Positions 45,194 to 52,425 of a DNA stretch of 54,666 nucleotides are shown one piece after another. The DNA is from a virus. Its lineage: Duplodnaviria; Caudoviricetes. The notes below the pieces were generated by a model. That model saw only the letters and a list, made by a program, of their open reading frames with translations. It was not told the DNA's origin and ran no database searches. The number at the start of each line of letters is the position of its first letter. The first letter of the stretch is position 1. The stretch lies in the IMG/VR virus record IMGVR_UViG_3300017963_000316, positions 1-54,666 of that record; one strand, 5' to 3'. Position numbers and translations under genes: made by a program.

Positions 45194-45332
45194 TGGCGGG
45201 TAGTATTTAAACTCAAATGTCTTTTTTAAGAGGAACTACCTATGCCATCTAAACCGACTATACAAGGACGAGTAGTAAATTCGTACCGCCTTTCGGCGGT
45301 TCTGTCCATAAATAGGAACTACTTATGTCCTT
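45194..45332 (-). ncRNA. second tandem pair of the conserved hairpin RNA motif
   Basis: GGAC-ATA-AGTAGT-TCCTATT...ACTACT-C-GTCC and TGGC-ATA-GGTAGT-TCCTCTT...ACTACC-C-GCCA. Confidence 0.7.
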
Positions 45333-45408
45333 TGGTGCTTGCGAAGGGACTCGAACCCTTATTGTCTGGTTTAAGAGACCAGTGCTGTGCCAATTTAGCT
45401 ACGCAAGC
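45333..45408 (-). tRNA. tRNA-Lys(CUU)
   Basis: Loop CTCTTAA; CCA. Confidence 0.92.
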
Positions 45409-45410
45409 TT

Positions 45411-45517
45411 TGGTGAGGGAGCAGGAATTGAACCTACATCTTTACTCTAAAACGAGAGCAAGGGAAAACCGACATTCAACTTTAAAACCTATTGTTCTAC
45501 CTTTGAACTATCCCCCA
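45411..45517 (-). ncRNA. tRNA-like RNA with acceptor, D and T arms but replaced anticodon arm
   Basis: GTTC-AAAGGTA-GAAC D arm, GTAGG-TTCAATT-CCTGC T arm, CCA; about 55 nt non-canonical middle. Confidence 0.7.
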
Positions 45518-45519
45518 CG

Positions 45520-45591
45520 TGGATGTGATGGGACTCGAACCCACACCGTTCGGTTTAAAAGACCGCTACTCTTCCATCGAGCTACACATCC
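45520..45591 (-). tRNA. tRNA-Lys(UUU)
   Basis: Loop CTTTTAA; no CCA. Confidence 0.9.
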
Positions 45592-45810
45592 TTATTGTAA
45601 CATCCCTTGATTCCTAGTAAAAGTTACCGCATCTAATAGAGCTTCATTAGGAAACTCAGAATCATCTACTGACCAATTATAACCATGTTCCCAAAACCAG
45701 TCTACAGGATTAAATCCTTCCCAAGTTAAGTATAACCACAACTCTAACTTGAGACTCCACTTCTCTGAGTCATATTCAGGAAAAGTTAAATACTTACTAA
45801 AATCCTTCAT
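45592..45810 (-). CDS. hypothetical protein
   Basis: ATGA coupling; stop abuts the tRNA. Confidence 0.6.
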   Translation of the reverse strand: MKDFSKYLTFPEYDSEKWSLKLELWLYLTWEGFNPVDWFWEHGYNWSVDDSEFPNEALLDAVTFTRNQGMLQ

Positions 45811-46196
45811 ACCTTACATTTCTCATAAAGTGGACAAGATTTACCAATACATTCCTCTCCTGTCCCACTTTTGATACACATTTGAAACCCCGCATATTCG
45901 AACTTTGATATTCCAACCAAAATAGCTGGTATTTCATCTACTCTAGTAGTAGCACAAGTGAACCTAAAGTTACACTCTTTACACTTGCGAGCGAAACCAG
46001 GTGGTTTTTGATATTTAGTGATTATACAAACACCACATGGACTTCCGCACTCATCACATTCTTCTATGCTTCCCCATTGCTGACTTTCTATAACATCATC
46101 TGTAACTTTATAGACTTGCACATTTCTACAGTTAGTACAACAACTCAATATGTAGTGCTTATACTTTGACTTCCTATTAACATAGTCGTTACTCAC
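45807..46196 (-). CDS. Cys-rich protein with Cys module
   Basis: KCKECNFRFTCATT; start placed at the GTG after the promoter. Confidence 0.65.
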   Translation of the reverse strand: MSNDYVNRKSKYKHYILSCCTNCRNVQVYKVTDDVIESQQWGSIEECDECGSPCGVCIITKYQKPPGFARKCKECNFRFTCATTRVDEIPAILVGISKFEYAGFQMCIKSGTGEECIGKSCPLYEKCKV

Positions 46197-46206
46197 TGTC
46201 CTTAAC

Positions 46207-46238
46207 ATTATAGCATATGCCTTCCCGTATGTCAAGCC
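46207..46238 (-). promoter_or_regulatory. sigma70-type promoter with extended -10
   Basis: GGCTTGACA TACGGGAAGGCATA TGC TATAAT. Confidence 0.85.
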
Positions 46239-46245
46239 TTTTTTG

Positions 46246-46333
46246 TGGCGGAGAGGGAGAGATTCGAACTCTCGGTGGTATTACCCACACTACTTTAGCA
46301 AAGTAGCACAATAAGCCACTCTGACACCTCTCC
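46246..46333 (-). tRNA. tRNA-Ser(GCU)
   Basis: Loop TTGCTAA; long variable arm; GCCA. Confidence 0.92.
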
Positions 46334-46474
46334 ATAGACTTACTCTCCTTACGGAGTCCCACCAATCTGCATAGCACCTAGACTTTCGTCATTCGTGTCG
46401 CATCCAGCTTTCGCTCGGTGTATGTGTATGCGAGTTTTACTCTCCCCACAGAGAACCAAAGCCCCTCAGTCTAT
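46334..46474 (-). ncRNA. candidate multi-hairpin structured RNA with GNRA tetraloops
   Basis: ATAGACT/AGTCTAT closing stem; AGC-GAAA-GCT, GAC-GAAA-GTC, CTCC-GTAA-GGAG. Confidence 0.55.
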
Positions 46475-46494
46475 TCCTACCCATCGCAAGGTTG

Positions 46495-46568
46495 AGCTTG
46501 GGGACGGATTCGAGCCGACATCTCCTTTCTTACCAAGAAAGAGCTTTACCGTGTTAAGCTACCCAAGC
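46495..46568 (-). tRNA. tRNA-Thr(GGU)
   Basis: CTTTC-TTGGTAA-GAAAG; T-loop variant CTCGAAT. Confidence 0.85.
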
Positions 46569-46655
46569 CTATCCCACTACTATAGAGTGGGACACTATCA
46601 TCATTCGCCAGAGCTACTTTAATGTAGATGGCTAGATTGTTGCATTCAAACAATC

Positions 46656-46731
46656 TGGTAGAGGCGACAGGAGTTGAACCTGCTGAACACAGTTTGTAGG
46701 ACTGTTGCTTTACCCTTTTAGCTACGCCTCT
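46656..46731 (-). tRNA. tRNA-Val(UAC) with atypical C33
   Basis: ACAGT-CCTACAA-ACTGT; CCA. Confidence 0.85.
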
Positions 46732-46962
46732 ATTTATTCCAATCTAATACTATTGTTAACAAATACTTATAAACCCACTGTCTAAAGCGGACTCGTCTCC
46801 CTATTTTTCTCAAGTGGTGAAAGATTTTCTTGGGTTTCAAACTTGAACCCCAAAAGGGAGTTACAGTTTCTAGGGATACACTAAAATAAATTCGCAACAA
46901 GGTTCTCCAAAATAAACAGAATCACCGAACCTCACCTTAAATTAAAAAATCCCTAACCTGTT

Positions 46963-47036
46963 TGGTAGGGATGAGAAGAATCGAACTTCTGTTAGCAGTA
47001 TATCAGACTGCCGTTCTGCCTTTGAACTACATCCCC
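46963..47036 (-). tRNA. tRNA-Ile(GAU)
   Basis: GCAGT-CTGATAT-ACTGC; CCA. Confidence 0.9.
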
Positions 47037-47164
47037 ATTTTAACCCCAACTTGTGCAGACTATGGCACAATCAGGTTGTTCCGAATTAAATAAATTATAT
47101 TTATGTCGCTTAATCATCTATCTGCACCCACATTTATTAGAGAGATTCTTAACTCTCTACTATT

Positions 47165-47196
47165 ATTATACCATACAAATAGCGAGTTGTCAAGCC
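47165..47196 (-). promoter_or_regulatory. sigma70-type promoter heading the tRNA array
   Basis: GGCTTGACA ACTCGCTATTTGTA TGG TATAAT; AT-rich UP-like region upstream. Confidence 0.85.
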
Positions 47197-47408
47197 TTTT
47201 TGATGGCTTTTTTAAAGAAATTTTAAAAATTATTTAAAATTAATCTTTCTTTTCTCTCTTAGTCACAATAGGTCTCTTGGTTGTCTCTTCCTGAGTTACA
47301 TCATAGTCGGGTTCGTTTGGAACAACTTTAACCTTGTACCTATCATCAGGGTTTCTTTTGCGTGGTGCAAATTCTCTATTTATATCTTTTCCAGTCTGGT
47401 CTTTCATG

Positions 47409-47609
47409 CTATTCACCTAAAAAGTATGTCGTAAGGTCTTTCTTAGTATCAGGGTCTTTTATTTGAATAGTCTCAAATGGTCTTTGCTCATCCAAGAATG
47501 CCATAACACCATGTTCTGTGTTAACCACCATCTTGAATGCTTTTTTCATTCTACTAACTGAACCATCAGGATAGAATTTAACAGCATAAACTCCACTAAT
47601 TTCAAACAT
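47409..47609 (-). CDS. hypothetical protein
   Basis: AGGAGAGG RBS. Confidence 0.65.
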   Translation of the reverse strand: MFEISGVYAVKFYPDGSVSRMKKAFKMVVNTEHGVMAFLDEQRPFETIQIKDPDTKKDLTTYFLGE

Positions 47610-47618
47610 CTTCCTCTC

Positions 47619-47900
47619 CTAATAAACATCTCCATTCTCTTGTATTTTAGTATCTTCATATGGAGAAACTTTTCTGCGATAGAATTCTCTACCTACACAA
47701 TCTATTACTCCCATTGCTCTATTGAACATATAATAACCACCCATGCCATATAGAGCATTTAGGATTCTAGTTATCGTATAGTTAACTTCTCCATCCAAAG
47801 CACCCTCAGCGTGGCACTCTTTGATTCGTTGGAGCTTTTGTAGCAGAGAATCTATCTCTACGTCCACGAACTCTCGGAACTCTTGGTTTACGTAGGGCAT
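47619..47900 (-). CDS. conserved phage hypothetical protein
   Basis: MPYV...GEVNYTIT...EFYRRKVSPYEDTKIQENGDVY. Confidence 0.8.
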   Translation of the reverse strand: MPYVNQEFREFVDVEIDSLLQKLQRIKECHAEGALDGEVNYTITRILNALYGMGGYYMFNRAMGVIDCVGREFYRRKVSPYEDTKIQENGDVY

Positions 47901-48120
47901 CCTTCCTCTCCTTTCTCAACCTACGAAGCTTTGCTTCTCTTTGCTTTCTACGTCTCTTTGTAGATGGTTTTTCATAGAACTCATGCTTCTTCAAGTCTCT
48001 CAGGACTCCTGAAGCTTGAACAAGACGATGAAACCTAGCAAGCATAGAGCTTATTGCTCCTACCTTGTCTCCCCTGCGGTATAGGTCTTCTTCTAATTTA
48101 TTTATTTTAACTTGAACCAT
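47806..48120 (-). CDS. rpsU: ribosomal protein bS21
   Basis: LARFHRLVQASGVLRDLKKHEFYEKPSTKRRRK. Confidence 0.88.
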   Translation of the reverse strand: MVQVKINKLEEDLYRRGDKVGAISSMLARFHRLVQASGVLRDLKKHEFYEKPSTKRRRKQREAKLRRLRKERKDALRKPRVPRVRGRRDRFSATKAPTNQRVPR

Positions 48121-48566
48121 TAACCATTCCATTCCACAATAACAAATCTGTCATCCAGATATGTACTACAGATGGGTTTTACCTCAGTTTCCCAATCACG
48201 TCTACCATTATCACAGCCAGGTCTTACCATATAAAACTTGCCATGCTTACGTGGTGGAATATCTGCCCAAGCAACAAGCTGTTGCAGAGACTTTGCGATA
48301 AGATTAAGGTCTGCTTTATCTTTCCAATGATGTTTAACAGGTAGGGTAATTATTTTCAAATCATCAAAAATATTAACCTTATTCCCACCAACATTTAGTG
48401 CATTACCAAGTTTGTACGGTAAATCGGGGAATTTGTCAGCCGCTTGTTTAGCTACACCACGACCCATGACGCAAGCTCCGTCTTTCCTAACGTCCCCATT
48501 AGTAGTAATAACTACCCATCTACCAACTTCGTGCTGTTCCCAAATATTTCCAAATATTTCTTGCAT
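48120..48566 (-). CDS. macro-domain-like (ADP-ribose-binding/processing) protein
   Basis: VITTNG...VMGRGVAKQA...LPVK.HW...RPGCDNG. Confidence 0.75.
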   Translation of the reverse strand: MQEIFGNIWEQHEVGRWVVITTNGDVRKDGACVMGRGVAKQAADKFPDLPYKLGNALNVGGNKVNIFDDLKIITLPVKHHWKDKADLNLIAKSLQQLVAWADIPPRKHGKFYMVRPGCDNGRRDWETEVKPICSTYLDDRFVIVEWNG

Positions 48567-48569
48567 TTT

Positions 48570-48989
48570 CTACTCCAATGTTAAAGTCTCCCACTCAACT
48601 TTCCCCTCTTTAATCAACTTCTTCAATTTGTTTTGAAGTGGGGTTGTTGAACTTGAACCTTTTTTGACTTCGACTAAAACTATTTTTTCTGGTTTACCAG
48701 TAGACATACCTTCGAACACAACATAATCTATTGGTGAACCTAAGAACCTAGCCTCACTAGGAGTATGTGTCCACTCAGGAAAGTGTGGGACTAATTGTTC
48801 AAACACTTGTCCTTCAATCACTGAACGACTCCTCTTAACTGCATCTATTCGTTGCTCTCTTATATCAATTTGATGTTGTTTCTCGGCTATCCTTGATTTT
48901 GCCACTTCACGAACATACATGACTGCAAAATAAGCCACCAATCCGAATGCCAAACAGAGAGCTATTATCGTACCTACTGTTCCAAACAT
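48570..48989 (-). CDS. membrane-anchored Holliday junction resolvase-like endonuclease
   Basis: N-terminal TM; RSRSVIEGQVFEQLVP...RFLGSPIDYVVF...VEVK. Confidence 0.8.
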   Translation of the reverse strand: MFGTVGTIIALCLAFGLVAYFAVMYVREVAKSRIAEKQHQIDIREQRIDAVKRSRSVIEGQVFEQLVPHFPEWTHTPSEARFLGSPIDYVVFEGMSTGKPEKIVLVEVKKGSSSTTPLQNKLKKLIKEGKVEWETLTLE

Positions 48990-48991
48990 AA

Positions 48992-49177
48992 TTATCCTCT
49001 GTAAACTAACGCTGGTTTATCTGTACTTTTCAATACAGCACAGAAGCTTTTCCAGTTTAGTTCAACCTCGTCTCTTTCAGTATAACATACAAATCTGAGA
49101 CCACACCCATCACAATGTGTAGCATCGCAATCGTATAGGTCTTCATCTTCATATTTATTCTCTACCTTTAATCGCAT
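48992..49177 (-). CDS. small protein with Cys module
   Basis: CDATHCDGCGLRFVCYTER. Confidence 0.7.
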   Translation of the reverse strand: MRLKVENKYEDEDLYDCDATHCDGCGLRFVCYTERDEVELNWKSFCAVLKSTDKPALVYRG

Positions 49178-49992
49178 ATGACCTCCAAAAGTTTAGCTCC
49201 AGCATGGGTCATAGCATACCCATCTTTACTCTTCCAAACATTATAACCAACCTTCTCAACTGGTTCATCTGTAAACCAAGGGTCTCCCGAAGATACATAG
49301 GTTCTTATAGGTTTACCGATTTGGGTCATCCGAAAAATATCAAGTTCCTCATTATCCCTTACTTGTTTGTGATTAGTCATAGATAAGTTCGTAAAATCAA
49401 GTTCATCATCATCAAAAAAGTAAATTTTGATTATGTCGAAATCACCCTGATTTGGAATGGTCTGAACAAACTGTTGCCTAGTCTTTAGGTCAACGTCACA
49501 ATTATTTATTTTTATAGTAATCTTACCCCAAGGAGATTCAGCCACGAAATCGGCGAAGTCACTTTTAACCAAATTGAACCTATTCACACATGCAATAATA
49601 TCTTCGCTATTGTGAAATTGGTACTGAATCGGAAGCTTTGACTCTGTTACATGGTCTGTCCATACCATGCTACGCATAATGTCCGATTCTGGTTCTGGAA
49701 ATTGGAATTGGTTCAATAAATTAACTGTAAATATATTAACCTTATCAATCCACTCTTCGCCAATATTGGGTAACTTTTTAAATCTAAAACCAGGATGTGA
49801 AGCGAACTCAAAATGCTCCCAATCATACCAATATTCCTTCGGTTTGCCCCATTGAAATAATCCAAATCCCGACTCGTCTATCTTGGTGATGTATCCATGA
49901 GTGTAATCCTCACGAAATCCCACCACAATCTGCTCACCTTTATGAAATAATGTGTTGAACCGTTTATAGTTAGACTGTGATAGCTTGTTCAT
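49168..49992 (-). CDS. hypothetical protein
   Basis: 274-aa ORF; GAGGAG RBS. Confidence 0.75.
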   Translation of the reverse strand: MNKLSQSNYKRFNTLFHKGEQIVVGFREDYTHGYITKIDESGFGLFQWGKPKEYWYDWEHFEFASHPGFRFKKLPNIGEEWIDKVNIFTVNLLNQFQFPEPESDIMRSMVWTDHVTESKLPIQYQFHNSEDIIACVNRFNLVKSDFADFVAESPWGKITIKINNCDVDLKTRQQFVQTIPNQGDFDIIKIYFFDDDELDFTNLSMTNHKQVRDNEELDIFRMTQIGKPIRTYVSSGDPWFTDEPVEKVGYNVWKSKDGYAMTHAGAKLLEVICD

Positions 49993-50758
49993 TTACTCCT
50001 CTCCTATGCCGATTAACATTATTGGAATTAACATTAACCACATCCAATGCAAATTGTGGAATCTCAGGTAGGACTATATACTTATTTTTCGCTACTTGTT
50101 CTTTCCAAATTAGCGAGTCATCTTTAGGATAGTCTTTATTCCACCCTCTTGCTTCTACTTCCTTCCTGACCTTCTTGTTAAGAGGATAAACGTAACGATA
50201 CATTTTACCTCTTATTCTCCTTATTCCTTTCTTTTTCATGAACTCAGGAGTTAGCCAGAATACCATATCCTTACCCACAAATTCGGCGTTTTCTTTACAT
50301 AGTTGTCTTGTGGTTCTAGGATGAATCTTTTCTCCATCCGCTCCGATATAGACATCAGTCCAGAAGAATCCACCATAGTAGAAGTTACTAGCTTGATAAA
50401 CATACCCTATCTTACCAACAATACCATCCGCTAATGTATAAAGTAACTTCTTATCGGTGTTCTCTTTCATCCACTTAATCAAGAGGGAAATGTACTGACT
50501 TTCTGTATTGCGTGGCATTTTATCATGAACACATAATTTGCCAAGTTCATAATAGTCTTGAGTTGTATACCCAGGGAACAGTTTATTTATAGTAGCTAAC
50601 GGTTGAGTTCCCCATCCTAAAGTAACAACCCCAACAAACTCATCATCGTTAAATAACCCTAAATAATGCTTGGTTAATCTTGGCATTACTTTTGAATAGT
50701 GGTGAGCCTGAGTAAAGTCAATACATTCGACACTATCATATTCTCTTATACTAAACAC
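49970..50758 (-). CDS. Mom-like GNAT DNA adenine-modification protein
   Basis: HHYSK, YYELGKLC, PRNTES, TLAD, GYVYQASNFYYGG. Confidence 0.75.
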   Translation of the reverse strand: MFSIREYDSVECIDFTQAHHYSKVMPRLTKHYLGLFNDDEFVGVVTLGWGTQPLATINKLFPGYTTQDYYELGKLCVHDKMPRNTESQYISLLIKWMKENTDKKLLYTLADGIVGKIGYVYQASNFYYGGFFWTDVYIGADGEKIHPRTTRQLCKENAEFVGKDMVFWLTPEFMKKKGIRRIRGKMYRYVYPLNKKVRKEVEARGWNKDYPKDDSLIWKEQVAKNKYIVLPEIPQFALDVVNVNSNNVNRHRRGVNEQAITV

Positions 50759-51029
50759 TATCCAAATATTCCTTTATAATGTCCCCATGACAAGTTTGTG
50801 GTTTACAGAAGCAACCTAATCTCTTACCCTTCAAACGGGAAACCATGAGTTTAAACATGGGGTCTTCAAGTCTGCCTTTGAAGTAACTTCTATATTTCTC
50901 TATCACTTCTTCCCTTGTACCATCCTCACCTATCTTGAACGGGTTGCCAAAAGGAGAACCACGACCAATATAGATATAGTTCTTCTCTTTACATTTGTAG
51001 ATATTAACTATTTCCGTTCCGTTGCACAT
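50751..51029 (-). CDS. DUF4326-like protein
   Basis: YIGRGSPFGNPF...LKGKRLGCFCKPQTCHGD. Confidence 0.85.
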   Translation of the reverse strand: MCNGTEIVNIYKCKEKNYIYIGRGSPFGNPFKIGEDGTREEVIEKYRSYFKGRLEDPMFKLMVSRLKGKRLGCFCKPQTCHGDIIKEYLDSV

Positions 51030-51214
51030 ATAAACCTTTTCTTACACTCCTTACAGAAGTCATAAAAACCACATCTGTGAGGTTCACCAATCACTTCTCC
51101 ACGTCCACAAACTGTATACCTGATGAACTGTTTCTCAGTATCACCAAAAGTAGTAACTTCAACTTCTTCTTTAATACAATTATAACACACTTCGAACTGA
51201 TTGTCAAGCCCCAT
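51008..51214 (-). CDS. small protein with C-terminal Cys module
   Basis: CGFYDFCKECKKRFICATERK. Confidence 0.65.
   Translation of the reverse strand: MGLDNQFEVCYNCIKEEVEVTTFGDTEKQFIRYTVCGRGEVIGEPHRCGFYDFCKECKKRFICATERK
51179..51210 (-). promoter_or_regulatory. sigma70-type promoter embedded in an ORF
   Basis: GGCTTGACA ATCAGTTCGAAGTG TGT TATAAT. Confidence 0.7.
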
Positions 51215-52165
51215 TTAGACTAAACCATCTTTAATCCTCTGAATTCGTGGTAAACACCAACGTTCCTTCCAATGAGCAGACAACTCCTCAAATGTTTCGT
51301 GAGCATATGGTATCAACTCATCTGTTTCTCCCCTGAGAAATTCCCTAGAGTTCTCTGATAATGGGATAAAATAGACTCCTCTTTGGTTCTCAGTTTGCTG
51401 GATGTCCCAATATTTTGTAAGCTTCTGGAATCCCTTAACAACTCCATACGCCTCTCTAACTGAACCGTCCTCATTATAATAGATTTCAGAATGCTTTCCC
51501 TTATCCCGCTTATAATCCTCACGCATTTTGTCTTTAACTTCAAGAGGAACTAAAGCAATACTATGCCCCTTAGTTAACCCCAAATATTCATAACCCTTTA
51601 ACCTATTATATACAGATGACTTACCAAATAAGCTCGTACAAGTCATTGCGGCTAATTTGTGTCCATATTTCTGTTCAAAATAATCCTGAATCTCTCTACT
51701 CTCGACTGAGAGAGCACATAACTTACCTGTCAAATATTGAGACATGGGTGGAGTGCTAACACAAAGGTGAACATTCATCAGATACTTCATCCTATCCCAT
51801 TTATCTTTAGTAGTCCATCCAATATGCTTATCCCTAATCGGAATGGTCAAATCAGACATTAGAACTACCATACCTATGATATAGTCCGTTGTCTTATCTC
51901 TTACCAAAAAATGGACTCTCCTACCAACCGCACCAGAAAAAGCGAAACTGCTCACCGTCATCCTGCCATAAAATAGTAAATCTAACAGTTCTTTTTTACC
52001 GTCTGCCATCTGGATATAAGGTTGGATGTCCTCTATTTTTGGTTCATTAGCTTGAATTTCATCCCACTTTGGTTTTATTTTGCTTAACCTATCTGCATAT
52101 TTTACTAGATAAGGTTGCTGTGCTTCAATTAACTTAGCTCGTAGCTCTTCTTTCGTAAATGTCAA
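51215..52165 (-). CDS. DUF4338/Druantia DruA-like domain protein
   Basis: GRRVHFLVRD, RDKHIGW, LTGKLCAL, TSLFGKSSVYNRL..LGLTKG. Confidence 0.7.
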   Translation of the reverse strand: MTFTKEELRAKLIEAQQPYLVKYADRLSKIKPKWDEIQANEPKIEDIQPYIQMADGKKELLDLLFYGRMTVSSFAFSGAVGRRVHFLVRDKTTDYIIGMVVLMSDLTIPIRDKHIGWTTKDKWDRMKYLMNVHLCVSTPPMSQYLTGKLCALSVESREIQDYFEQKYGHKLAAMTCTSLFGKSSVYNRLKGYEYLGLTKGHSIALVPLEVKDKMREDYKRDKGKHSEIYYNEDGSVREAYGVVKGFQKLTKYWDIQQTENQRGVYFIPLSENSREFLRGETDELIPYAHETFEELSAHWKERWCLPRIQRIKDGLV

Positions 52166-52425
52166 GACATCCTCTCCTGCTCTTCCTGTGGTAAATCAGC
52201 CTTTAGTCCAACCTTGATATTAGGTTTTCTTTTTCTACCCGTTATCCCTCTGGACTCCGTTGTGTGAAAACCTGGACCTTTATAAATAGGAGTAAAGGTA
52301 CTAAATAGTTTGCGTAAAGCGTCTTTACCACACGCAGGACAAGTTACACAAGGTTCATCATAAAACCCCTGTCTGACTTCAATTTTGTGTTCACACTCAT
52401 CACATTTATACTCATAAATCGGCAT
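52162..52425 (-). CDS. FmdB-family zinc-ribbon protein
   Basis: MPIYEYKCDECEH...CPACG...KGPGFHTT. Confidence 0.85.
   Translation of the reverse strand: MPIYEYKCDECEHKIEVRQGFYDEPCVTCPACGKDALRKLFSTFTPIYKGPGFHTTESRGITGRKRKPNIKVGLKADLPQEEQERMS

Noticed and set aside
32622-46622. + strand ORFs and some - strand ORF extensions in the ORF track across the tRNA region (for example 32745, 34125, 35227, 43603, 44336, 45242, 46189, 46395)
   Set aside because: They are shadows of tRNA, RNase P or opposite-strand genes; start sites were moved where ORFs ran through tRNAs or promoters.
51215-52165. Complete Druantia defence system
   Set aside because: Only a single DUF4338-like ORF is present; no DruE-sized helicase or other recognisable components are nearby.
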